Positions 1 to 11,509 of a DNA stretch of 64,000 nt are shown piece after piece. Source of the DNA: Reclinomonas americana ATCC 50394 (Eukaryota); the NCBI GenBank assembly GCA_048213135.1, contig PS015020.1, positions 448,218-512,217 of the forward strand. The letters are read 5' to 3'. How positions within the stretch are numbered: position 1 is the stretch's first letter; each line of letters opens with the position of its first letter. The notes beneath the pieces were generated by a model that was not told where the DNA came from, ran no database searches, and saw only the letters and a list, made by a program, of their open reading frames with translations. The position numbers and the translations under genes are program-made.

Positions 1-60
<60 letters not shown>
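1..60. repeat. (CA)n microsatellite
   Basis: Pure CA dinucleotide run at the window start. Confidence 0.95.
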
Positions 61-64
<4 letters not shown>

Positions 65-172
65 TACACAGCGAGAGAGAGTGCAGGTAGAGTAACTCTG
101 TGTAAGAGTGTGTGTGTGCATTGTGATTGACTGATTGGTGCATTTTGTGACATGTTTTCTTTTGTGAGACAG

Positions 173-1814
173 TGCAAAGAGAGTGGGATTGAACGGTGCT
201 GTGGAGCATTCTGGAGGTGAGCTTGTGTGTCTTGTGTGTGTGAGGGATGGGGAGCACGAGAGGGAGAGGGAGAATGGGAAGGAGGCAGTGGGTTTCTTGA
301 GAAACTGACAATCTGACAGAGTGGAAGAGTGGGGGAGAGAGCGTGTGTGTGTGAGGGAAAGAGAGGGAGTGAGGGAGATTATGTAAACGCGTATGCAACT
401 CTCCTGTCGCTCGTCGTTCTCTTTTCACGCTTCGGTTCACCCTTCCTCTTCCTCCCTCCCTTGCCATCACCTTCATTGTCTTCCTTTGCACTCTCGCTCT
501 GTCCCCCTCCCTCTCCCTCCTCTCTCTCTCTCTCCTTTCCACTCACTATCTCTCTCTCCCTCACCATTCACATTTTCTCCCTTTTTACTCGCTCCTCTCT
601 TTTCTCCCTCTCCCTCTCTCTTTCTCTCTGTCTCACTCCCTGCTTCTCTCTCGCTCCCTCTCTCCTTTCCACTCACTCTCTCTCTCCCTTCCTCGCCATC
701 ATCCTCATTTTCTCCCTTTTTTACTCGCCCTCTGTCCTCCTCTCTCTTTTCTCCCTCTCAGTCCCCGCTCCTCTTTCTCTCTCTCCCTCTCTCTGTCTCT
801 CTTTTCTCCCTCTCCATCACCTCTGCCTTCTCCCCTTTCCACTCACTCTCTCTCTCCCTTCCTCGCCATCATCCTCATTTTCTCTCTTTTACTCGCACTT
901 TGTCCTCCTCTCTCTTTTCTCTCTGTCTCTCTTTTCTCCCTCTCCGTCCCTCTCTCCTCCCTCTCCCCTTTCCACTCACTCTCTCTCTCTCTCCCCTCCT
1001 CAGACAACCGCACTGGCGAAGGCGAGGGCGACGACGAACTGATCACCATGAAGCTGGACGAGGTGCCGGCCAATGTGGTCGCCATTTGCCTGGTGGTCAA
1101 CAGGTGCGTCGTGTTGGTTCCTACGCGCTCACATACACGCGCACTCTCACACGCATCCCGCAGTTACTCGGGCGAACCGTTCACCGCCGTGAAGACGGCC
1201 AAGGTCCGCGTCCTCGGCCCCGGCAATGCCGAGCTGTACTCGCTGTACGTCGGCGCACTCGGCTCGCACACGGGTCTCCTTCTGGCCAAGCTGTACCGTG
1301 CGCAGGCGGCCAACAGCCAGGTGGTGTGGAACATGCACTGCTGTGCCGACGCCGGAACCGGTCACACATTTGCCGACCTTATTCCGGTCATGCAAGTTTC
1401 GTCATGCTGCTCACGAAGAAATCGATGGTTTGTGGCTCACCTCCCCGCAGGCCTCCCTGCAACAAGTATTCCCGTCGGTCCAAGTCGACCGCCAGCTGCT
1501 GGTGCACGTGGTGCGCAAGGGTGAGCGCATCTCGATCGACCCCTCGATTCCTCTCGTGACCGTCGGTCTCGGCTGGGACGTGATTCCCGGTGCCACGTTG
1601 GATCTCGACGTTGCGTCTGGCACAGGGGGGTTGGAAAAGGAGACGTGTTCGCTTATTCATCTTTCGCTTGGAGCAGGCCTCTTGTCTCTCCTTCGACGCC
1701 TTCTCGTCGTACCTCGACACCGAGTCCGTGTCGTTCTCAAGAAAGTCAAACTCGAACGGGTCGGTGCGGCACTCTGGCGACAACCTCACCGGTGAGATTG
1801 CTCTCTGTCCTGCC

Positions 1815-1845
<31 letters not shown>

Positions 1846-2524
1846 GGAGAGAGAGAGAGAGAGACTGTGCCACGTCCTTACTTTCTTGTGTCACAGGCGA
1901 GGGCGAGGGTGACGACGAACAGATCAACGTGTTCCTGAAGTCGGTGCCGGCGCACGTATTCTCGCTGGTGTTTGTGGTGACCATTTACACCATGCACCGC
2001 TCGTTCCGTGAGGTCAAGCGTGCCTATGCACGCCTGCTCGATCGTGCGTCGATGTGCGAGAGTGTGGCAAAGTCGTCGGTGTGGCTCACCTTTGTGTTTT
2101 CACAGATCGGTGGCAGGAGGTTGTGCGTTACCCTCTGATTGAGCACCCCGACTCCAATGCGCTCATTGTGGCCGCGCTGCACCGCACGCACAACGGCTGG
2201 CGACTGGTGGCTATGGGCGAGGGTGCTCACGGCCAGCTGGGCAAGGATGTGGTGCCGGAGGCTGCCGAGCAGCTGGCCAAGATCGTGCAGCGCCTGGACA
2301 TCCCCGGCATTCAGTCGGCCATCCGCGTCGAGCCAGTGCCGGCCGCTCTTCCGCCTGTCCCCACGCGTGCTGAATGTGCGTATCTTCGTCAGTCCTGCCT
2401 CTTTCTTTCTCTCTCCTTTTGTGACTCTCACTCGCATTGTGTGGTAGTGGCGGTTCGGGCTCGTGAGGCTGCCGGACCTCCTGGACGTCAGGTGCAGAGC
2501 GGCGGCTGCTGTACGATGTTGTGA
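173..2524 (+). CDS. Tandem TerD-domain (TerD/CABP1-like) protein with C-terminal CaaX box; 5' end outside the window
   Basis: Exons 173-216, 1004-1103, 1164-1395, 1451-1609, 1677-1791, 1897-2043, 2106-2375 and 2448-2524 join in frame via GT-AG introns. They give TerD motifs HSGDNRTGEGEGDDE, GLGWD..DLDASC and HSGDNLTGEGEGDDEQI, and end in GGCCTML*. Confidence 0.9.
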
Positions 2525-3124
2525 TGTGGCCAGTGGCTGCCACACGTGAAGGCGCGGGGGAGGAACAGATGCCGACTTCTAGTGTCCTCTCTTTTCCCTG
2601 ACAAAGTGAAACTGCACTAGGATGTTTTTTCTCTTTGCGTCTGATTGTTGAGGAAGCAAACCCCCTTCGACGTTGGGAAGCAGCACGGCGTGTATGAGGT
2701 GCCAGCATCGCAGTTGAAGGCGTGGTGGTCGGCGTGGTTCAACAATGCGTGGTGGCAGCAAGGGGAGGGGAAACATGGTCTTACCTCTGATGACACTCAG
2801 CTGCAACAGACGGACCTCGCACGAGGGGGAGAGGGCAACCAACTCTCGCTGCTCTGTGTACACCTGGGGCGAAGCCTGCATGAGGACCAGCCAAGCCTCC
2901 CGGTGCAATGCATCACAACTAGTGTGCTAACCTCGGAGAAGTCGACTGTGTTGCTGTCGTGTAATTCTTCCCTGATGTGGGTGCCGTAGCAGATGACAGT
3001 TGGGAAAAGCGGTTCTCAACAGAGAGTGTTTGACGAGTTTACAAACATGATTTGAGGGTGAAGCAAAGCAAAGAACTCCCAGCAGACAAGGTGCGGGAGG
3101 GGTGAGCAGGCGGTAGCGGGATGC

Positions 3125-5654
3125 CTAATTGTAGAACATCGTGCCCTGGTTGTTGTTGCGCCGGTTGTTGTTCCTGCACACGCAAAGAAACAATTGGTGG
3201 TTACACACCGTCCTCTGCAAGTGGCAGCACACTGCACCCAAACGCGAAACTCAAAGTACACGAAGTCTGCGTCGAAAGGAGGGAGCAGGGTGAGTTACAA
3301 GAGCGATGAACCACGGGTTAGCAACAGTACTCACCGATGAGGAACAGGCTGTAGTGGGGGGGCACAAAGAAGAGTGAGCGACAGACACATCGAAAAAACA
3401 AAAGGGGGAGGGAGGAAGGAGGAACAGGGGAAGGAGGAAGGGGGGAAGGGGGAAGGAAGAAAAGGGGAAGGAGGAAATGGGGAAGGAGGAAGGGGGAAGG
3501 TGGAAGGGGGAATGAGGGAAAGGGGAATGAGGGAAAGGGGAAGGAGGAAAAGGGGAAGGAGGAAAGGGGAAGGAGGAACAGGCGAAGGAGGAAGGGGGGA
3601 AGGAGGAAAAAGGGAAGGAGGAAAGGAGGAAGAGGGGAAGGAAGAAGGGGGAAGGAGGAAAGGGGAAGGAAGAAAAGGGGAAGGAGGAAATGGGGAAGGA
3701 GGAAGGGGGAAGGTGGAAGGGGGAATGAGGGAAAGGGGAAGGAGGAACAGGGGAAGGAGGAACAGGGGAAGGAGGAAAAGGGGAAGGAGGAAGGGGGAAG
3801 GATGGAGTAAACAAAGGAGCGCGCAGCGACGCACCCGCCGACAAGCCTGTGCGGGCGAGAGAAGTGAGACACAGCGTGCGATGCGTGAATGACATCTTGT
3901 GCGGTGCTACTCACACTGCACGCTCTTGGGGAGAGGCCGCCTCCGGGAAGCTAATGACAAAATCTGCGAGTGGCATACGGATGAGCGACAGGGTTATTGG
4001 TTCTTCAGCTGCCGGGCGACGGAACTGTCGGCTGCAGAAGTGCAAAGGGAGAAAGGTGAGTAATCTGACAGAGAGCAAGACATACAACGCTCAGCGATTC
4101 GCGAACCGTCGGTGAACATTTCCTTCAGCAGGCCTGCGACAAATGCACGTGAGACTAAGAAATAAACGCAGCATTTCACCAAATGACGGAGCAGACCCGA
4201 GAATTTTTTCTGCACGTGTTCGCGACAGACAGTCAATGACATGGGGGGAAAACACACTTGCAAATCCCAGTCACACACCTGGATGAAGCCCTCCTCCACA
4301 GTGCCACGCAGCACCGGGAACTTGGCCTGCACGCATGCAACATTCAGCAACTTGTAACGAAGCACGCGAGAGAACAAGCAGAAACACACCTCGCAGCACC
4401 AGCAGCACGGCCCTACAGAGCACGCTCACGGTCAGGTACACCCCACTCAACCTCTCCTATCGCGCTCCACTCACCGACAATCTCAAAGTGACGCTGCCCC
4501 TGCGCATCCTCGGTGTGGAAGGCCGGCGTGCAGCACGAGCAGTCGCGCTTCACGTGTCCAATCAACTGGTCGCGCTCGTCGTGCACCTCCACGTCGAAGA
4601 AGAAGCTGTGCGGTGTGAGTAGAGGTCGCGCAACATGGGACGCACTTAAATGGGCGACGAACCACGCGCAGTCGCGATGCAGGCGCATGAACATGGGCTT
4701 CGCCGGGTTGATCTGCTTCTTGTAGCGGATCTCAATGTCCCAGCCGCGGCATGAGCCGCAGCACTGAGATGGGGTGGGATGAGGGAAGTGGTAGGAGGGG
4801 GGAAAAGAAGGGGAAAGAGAAGTGGGGAAGCGAAGGGGAAGTGAAGGGGGGAAGTGAAGGGGGGAAGCAAAGGGGGAAGCAAAGGGGGGAAGCAAAGGGG
4901 GAAGTGAAGGGGGGAAGTGAAGGGGGGAGAGAGGGGAAGGATGAACAAACACACCTGACGCTGGCAGCATCCGCTGCGCTCGCGGGCCTTGAACATCTTG
5001 AAGCCCTGCGTGTTGTAGACTGCGTCCAACAACACCATCAGCCCATCATGACACGCACAAACCGCACGGACGCACAACACACGGCGCAACTGTTGTACTA
5101 CACACACGCGCGCACAATACAAGTCAGTTGACGATCGATCGCACTGCCCCCTCTTCACCTCGCAGCACACACATACCTTGTTCTCGGTCTCACAGCCCGT
5201 CACCAACTCCAACAACTCAATCTTCTGCTTCACAACCATCTTGTCCATGGCAGCCAGCAGTTCCACGCCTTGCCCGACCGGTGGCGGTCCACCAAAGCCC
5301 GTTCCCGGAGGCGGTCCGTAGCCAGCAGGCGCCATTTGCGGAGCACCTAATTGCAGTAAGTGACCATATATAGTGTCACTTTGTATGGCCTCTGTCATGA
5401 ACAGTTACCATAGTAACCCGGCGGTCCGGGGGCGTAACCTCCGGGAGCAGGCGGTCCATAGGCGCCCGGGTACTGCCCAGCAGGCGGAGGAGGCGCGTAT
5501 TGGTAACCCGGAGGCGGGTACTGCTGGTGCTGTTGCTGCTGCGGCGGCGGGTAACCCATGGGTTGCACTTGCACGGGTGAGGCGTAACCCGGGGGCGGGT
5601 AGGGTTGCGCACCGGGAGGAGAGTAGGGTTGCGCGCCCGGGGGAGGGTAGTGGC
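3125..5654 (-). CDS. Phospholipid scramblase (PLSCR family), Pro/Gly/Tyr-rich N-terminus, many micro-exons; first exon probably in or near the gap
   Basis: Spliced product contains [53 protein letters not shown] and [46 protein letters not shown], which are hallmark scramblase motifs. Stop TAG at 3127-3125. Confidence 0.9.
3403..3800. repeat. GGAAGGAGGAA-type minisatellite inside a scramblase intron
   Basis: Degenerate units of about 15 bp with larger duplicated blocks; pyrimidine-rich on the sense strand. Confidence 0.85.
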
Positions 5655-5743
5655 CTTGAGTGAGTAGGGGGAAAATGAGATCAAAATCCCGCTCTCTGAT
5701 GCGTTCACCAATGCAAATGTTCTCACAGCGCAGTGGGGGGGTG

Positions 5744-5820
<77 letters not shown>

Positions 5821-5950
5821 GAGGAGGAGGGAGGGGGAGGGGGAGGAGTGTGTGTGTGTTGTGTCGTCGTCGTACGACGTACGAGTACGTCGCGTCCTCC
5901 TACCTACCGTACGTCGTCGTCGACCGTCCGTCCGCGCGACGAACGACGAC

Positions 5951-6756
5951 NNNNNNNNNNNNNNNNNNNNNNNNNNNNNNNNNNNNNNNNNNNNNNNNNN
6001 NNNNNNNNNNNNNNNNNNNNNNNNNNNNNNNNNNNNNNNNNNNNNNNNNNNNNNNNNNNNNNNNNNNNNNNNNNNNNNNNNNNNNNNNNNNNNNNNNNNN
6101 NNNNNNNNNNNNNNNNNNNNNNNNNNNNNNNNNNNNNNNNNNNNNNNNNNNNNNNNNNNNNNNNNNNNNNNNNNNNNNNNNNNNNNNNNNNNNNNNNNNN
6201 NNNNNNNNNNNNNNNNNNNNNNNNNNNNNNNNNNNNNNNNNNNNNNNNNNNNNNNNNNNNNNNNNNNNNNNNNNNNNNNNNNNNNNNNNNNNNNNNNNNN
6301 NNNNNNNNNNNNNNNNNNNNNNNNNNNNNNNNNNNNNNNNNNNNNNNNNNNNNNNNNNNNNNNNNNNNNNNNNNNNNNNNNNNNNNNNNNNNNNNNNNNN
6401 NNNNNNNNNNNNNNNNNNNNNNNNNNNNNNNNNNNNNNNNNNNNNNNNNNNNNNNNNNNNNNNNNNNNNNNNNNNNNNNNNNNNNNNNNNNNNNNNNNNN
6501 NNNNNNNNNNNNNNNNNNNNNNNNNNNNNNNNNNNNNNNNNNNNNNNNNNNNNNNNNNNNNNNNNNNNNNNNNNNNNNNNNNNNNNNNNNNNNNNNNNNN
6601 NNNNNNNNNNNNNNNNNNNNNNNNNNNNNNNNNNNNNNNNNNNNNNNNNNNNNNNNNNNNNNNNNNNNNNNNNNNNNNNNNNNNNNNNNNNNNNNNNNNN
6701 NNNNNNNNNNNNNNNNNNNNNNNNNNNNNNNNNNNNNNNNNNNNNNNNNNNNNNNN
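5951..6756. other. Assembly gap (N run)
   Basis: Run of n flanked by GT/GA microsatellites. Confidence 1.
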
Positions 6757-6757
6757 G

Positions 6758-6831
<74 letters not shown>

Positions 6832-7069
6832 GGGGGGGGGGAGGGAGATGTGTCTGTTTGACTGCGTGCAACTGACGATGCGCTCTCACCTCCAGGCTGC
6901 ACTCCGGCCTGCAGACACGCACACGAGTGAGACGGACGCACACACACACACACACACTCACACTCACACAACACACACACACTCTCTCACTCGCACACAC
7001 ACTCACTCACACTCTCACTCGCTCACTCTCTCTCTCACGCACTCACTCACTCACTCACACACACACACA

Positions 7070-7106
<37 letters not shown>

Positions 7107-7694
7107 CGACGTGCAAATGAGACACACCGGCGGATACGGTCCCTGCAGACACAAGAGCATCAGTCGTGAGGTTCGTACCCCCTTGCTTTCCCTCACACGC
7201 ATGCACGCACCTGATGAGCCATTCTTGAGAGCGTGACAGAGTGTGGCCGCTGCGGTTTCAGTCAAGTGGATTTGCGTTTTGCTGGATCCACCAGTTGGAG
7301 AGGACGCGACATCAACGACATACGACCTCCAGATTGCTATTGCTCCGGTGAAGGTACACTGCAGGCACGAGAGGAAGCACAAATGGCCATGGCGCAGCGT
7401 ACAGTACTAGTACCGTGTTCGGCGGTATCGATCGCGATCGCGATGTACATCGACATATATATTCCGCTGCACGTGTATGCACATGCACACGCACATGACG
7501 GGTGAATCTGGCTGGAGCATGCCGTGGTGCTCCCTCTGCGACCATGGAAAGCTCAAGCTCGAGCTGCATGTGCAGAATTTGACGGTGTCCAGTTGTCGTC
7601 GTTGTCGTTGTCGCATGCGCGCATGATCTGACGTTGCACGGTGAGAACGCTGGCCGCATGTGAACCAATGCTTGCGTCCAAAGAAATTCGATTA

Positions 7695-7725
7695 CGACCG
7701 TTACTTTCCCGCCCTCGAAACGGTC
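7695..7725 (+). promoter_or_regulatory. Conserved upstream element of tectonin gene 1 (CGACCGTTACTTTCCCGCC...GAAACGGTC)
   Basis: The same motif recurs upstream of the paralogue at 9794-9810 and 9838-9879. It contains a Myb-like CCGTTA and an E2F-like TTTCCCGC. Confidence 0.5.
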
Positions 7726-7779
7726 AGAATTTTTTGCCTTCGTGTGAGAGCAGACCACACACCGCAATCTTGTGCACAC

Positions 7780-9270
7780 ATGACTCGCCTGCTTATCCTC
7801 ATCGCCCTCTGCGCTGTTGCCGTTGTGGCATTCTGCGCCGGAGCAAGCGCCAACATGATGGAGCCTGACTTTGAGCTGGGTGAGTGCTCGAGTGAGTCGC
7901 AGCGTGCACTTTTTCGCGCGCTCTCCTTTCATTTCCTTGCACTGTCTCCCTCTTTGTCCCCTTCTCTCTCCCTCTCTGTCTCACACACACTAGTACTCAC
8001 ACGCGTTCCGGTCTTGGTCACCTTGCACTCCTTTTTATTTTTGTATTTTCGCGCGCTCCACAGCATGATTCGCGCGAAATTTTTACTCCTCCCTCCCTCC
8101 CTCCTCCTTCCCCACTCCCTCTCCCTCTCTCTAACCATCCACCTGCCTGCAGCCTCCCTGGCATCCATGGGTACCGCTCAGCTCACGGGCGTGCTGGGCA
8201 CCACCTTTGAGCACACCATGGACGACTTGGTGGAGTTGCGCGCCGAGCTGGAGCTGGACGAGGAGGAGTACAGGTGAGAACAGCACCACTCCACATGTAC
8301 ACACCAGGCATCTCACCGCCTGTGCGCTCCTCTCGCAGCACGTACGCCGAATCTGAGCACTACGACGACGACGACGACGAGTACGATGAGGATGCCCTTC
8401 CTCTTGACTTCCGGTGCGTTCTCCCAACGCACTTTTCCCCTCACCCTCGAGCTCGTGCCGCCTTCTCCTCATGATCACTGCCCAGCTGGACGCAGCTGCC
8501 TGGCGCTGCCGTTGACATTGCGTTGCAGCAGAATTTCGACAAGCCGAAGCCAAAGACCTTTGTCGTCGGCACGGACTTCAACATGTTGAGTGTGATTGCT
8601 CTCTCTGCCCCTGCAGGGATACTTCGTGCTGACACTCCCTTTGATTTTGCTGTGCGGCAGCTACGAGTTCGACTACAAGTCCGGTTCGTGGATCCGCTAC
8701 GACGTCAAGGGTCGTGCACAGAACATTGCCGTGGCACCGTGTGGCACACCGTACGCCACGCTCGACGGCAGCAAGCACATCATCACCCTCAACAGGAAGA
8801 CCAGGAAGTGGAGCGAGGTGAAGGGCGTCGACTGGGCCGTCGACATTGCCGTCAGCTCCAAGCACATTTGGTACGCGCACATGAATGGCCGAGTGGTGCG
8901 CGTCAACCGCAAGACCGGAAAGAAGGAGGTCGATCCCTCTGCCGGCAACGTCGTTCGCATCACTGCCGACGCCAAAGGCAACGTGTATGTCGTGTGCAAC
9001 AACAACAGCATCTGGCGCATGGTCGCATTCGGCCAGTGGGCCCAGCTGCCGGGTGCCGCGCTGGACATTAGCATCGGCGTGACCGGCGCGCTGTGGGTGG
9101 TCGGCACGGACAAAGCCTTCTACACCTTTGCTCCCACTGTCGGCAACTGGATCTGCCTGCCGGTGGCACGCGGCATTCGCGTGTCGGTGGGCACGGAGGG
9201 TGGCCCGTGGCACATCAACGACAACAAGCACATCTTTCGCCCGCTCTACCCGCCGAACGGTCAGCAGTAG
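7780..9270 (+). CDS. Secreted tectonin-type beta-propeller lectin (copy 1)
   Basis: Exons 7780-7879, 8153-8273, 8339-8413, 8486-8584 and 8661-9270. Signal peptide MTRLLILIALCAVAVVAFCAGASA, an acidic linker, then repeats such as WTQLPGAAVDIA and WAQLPGAALDISIGVTGALWVVG. Confidence 0.85.
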
Positions 9271-9793
9271 ACGGAGAGAGAGAAAGAGAGAGAGAGGGAC
9301 AAAAGTGAGTTGTGAGTGGGAGACACTGCAGTGGTGCTGCGTTGAGAGGGAGAGCAATGAATTCGAACGCATGCAAAGGGGAAAAGAGATGCCGCATTGT
9401 GTGTCTCTGCACCTTGTAGGGAGCAACAGATTTAGACTAGAGGCGAATGCCCATTCCTTTTTTGGAATTCGAATTCGGTGTCAAATACATGCATTCATGA
9501 GCCTTGGTTTCTCTTGCAGAAACCAGTGTCTCAATGTTTCTAGTGCTCAGGATTGTGATCATCATGCAGCAGTGGTGCTGTTGTGATTAGTTAAGTTGTT
9601 GTTGTTGTCGATGGTGGCTCCAACGGCCACATAGAAATTCTTCGGACTAGTACGTACTGTACACTCCACGGATACGGACTTCGAATTCGAGCTGTACATA
9701 GGTCTTGCTTCGTGCGGAAGTATGAACTCGTCCGGTGCGTGCACGACCATGGCGCGCGCAATGCTCGTGATAACGAGCGTTTCTGCTCCGTTA

Positions 9794-9879
9794 CGACCGT
9801 TACTTTCCGCGCGCGAGTGTCTACTCCGTACTCTTTGCGACCGTTACTTCCCGCCATCGAATCCGGATCCGAAACGGTC
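9794..9879 (+). promoter_or_regulatory. Conserved upstream element of tectonin gene 2 (two CGACCGTTACTT copies plus GAAACGGTC)
   Basis: Shared with 7695-7725 although most of the intergenic DNA is divergent. Confidence 0.5.
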
Positions 9880-9946
9880 TCTTGTACTTCTTTTCTCTTT
9901 TTTGTGAGAGAGCAGACCACTTGGTTCTCCAACTTTCCCTGATCAC

Positions 9947-10272
9947 ATGTCTCGCCTTTTCATTGCTATCGCCCTCTGCGCTGTTGCTATTGTGGCACTG
10001 TGCGCTGGAGCGAGCGCCAACATGATGGAGCCCGATTACGAACTTGGTGAGTGGTCTCATCATTGCTTCGCGCTCCCTTTCTTTCTCCATCTCTCTCTTC
10101 TCCTCTCCCTCCTCTCGCTGTATCATTCTAACTCTTGCCGCCGGCACGCTTGCATATGCATGTTGGTTTTGGTCACCGTGCCCTCCTGTTTTTTGTGTTT
10201 CGCGCTTCTTTTCTGCCGTAACGGTCGGTTCACTTGCACGCATTCCCGTCCTCACCTCTCTGTCTCTCTCTC

Positions 10273-10312
<40 letters not shown>

Positions 10313-11509
10313 ATGTCGTGAATTTTTCTGCACCTGTATGCAGCCTCGTTCGCGTCCATGGGCACGTACAACACGCGGCTCTCGGGTGTGCTGGGCACCA
10401 CCTTTGAGCACACGATGGACGACTTGGCAGAGATGCGCGCCGAGCTGCAGCTTGACGAGGAGGAGTACGGGTGAGAACATCACGTGTCACCTCCTCTCCC
10501 ACCTCCTCTCCCATCAGGCTCACAGCGTTTTCTCGCATCTTCGACAGTGTGTACGCGCAGCATAAGAAGGGCCATGGCGACGATGAAGACGATCCACTTC
10601 TTCCGCTTGATTTCCGGTGCGTTTCCATCGACGAAGACAACCTCACCTCCTATCGTGTCGTGTTCTCACCTCTGTTCCCCCTCTCCAACACCAATGCAGC
10701 TGGATCCAGCTGCCTGGCGCTGCCTTTGACATTGGCGTGCAGCACAAGGCCAACAGCAAGAAGCCCGCGCTCTTCGTCGTCGGTCTAGACCACAACATGT
10801 TGAGTGCGATCTCTCTCTCTCTCTCTCTCTCTCTCTGCTTGAAGAAGGAGCACGTCGTGCTGACGCTCTCTTTTTTCTCTCAATCTCCCGCAGCTACGAG
10901 TACAACTACAAGATCCAGTCATGGATCACCCACGACGTCCAGGGCAAGGCACTGAACATTGCCGTGGCTCCGTGTGGCACACCGTACGCCACTCTCGATG
11001 ACAGCAAGAACAAGCACATCATCACCTACGACGCCAAGACCAAGAAGTGGATCGAGGTCCCCGGTGTCGACTGGGCCGTCGACATTGCCGTCAGCAGCAA
11101 GTACATTTGGTTCGCGCACATGAATGGCGGCCGAGTGGTGCGCATCAACCGCAAGACCTTCAACGTTGAGTGGGATCCCAATGCTGGGCGAGTTTTCCGC
11201 ATCACCGTCGACGCCCACGACAACGTGTACGGCTTGACCACCGACAATGCCATCTGGCGCATGGTCGAGTTCGGCAACTGGGTGCAGATGCCGGGTGCCG
11301 CGCTGGACATTAGCATCGGCGTGACCGGCGCGCTGTGGGTGGTCGGCATGGACAAGGCCTTCTACACCTTTGCTCCCACCGTCGGCAACTGGATCTGCCT
11401 GCCGGTGGCACGGGGCGTTCGCGTGTCGACGGGTCCGGAGGGCGGCCCGTGGCACACGAACGACGCCACGCAGATCTGGCGCCCGATCTACCCGCCGAAC
11501 CAGTACTAG
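9947..11509 (+). CDS. Secreted tectonin-type beta-propeller lectin (copy 2, tandem paralogue)
   Basis: Exons 9947-10046, 10344-10470, 10548-10616, 10700-10798 and 10894-11509. Intron positions and phases are identical to copy 1, with the same repeat motifs. Confidence 0.85.

Noticed and set aside
329-1042. Long Leu/Ser/Pro-rich ORFs here and at 3251-3914, 13192-13881, 53703-54794 and 57894-59147
   Set aside because: They are translations of stop-poor CT/GA-rich intronic low-complexity DNA.
1610-1676. Alternative reading of the shifted donors as non-canonical TT...AGN introns
   Set aside because: Where the two readings differ, conserved residues (DADNF, KYNIY, GF[S/A]P) favour cleavage before the G, i.e. 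GT-AG.
5864-5950. GTCGTCGTACGACGTACG-rich stretch resembling a structured repeat
   Set aside because: It abuts the N-gap and looks like low-quality read-end noise.
5660-7120. ORFs spanning N runs (also 49266-51029)
   Set aside because: Artefacts of translating gaps and microsatellites.
7230-7620. Short exon-like segments upstream of tectonin 1
   Set aside because: No consistent spliced frame or recognisable motif could be built.
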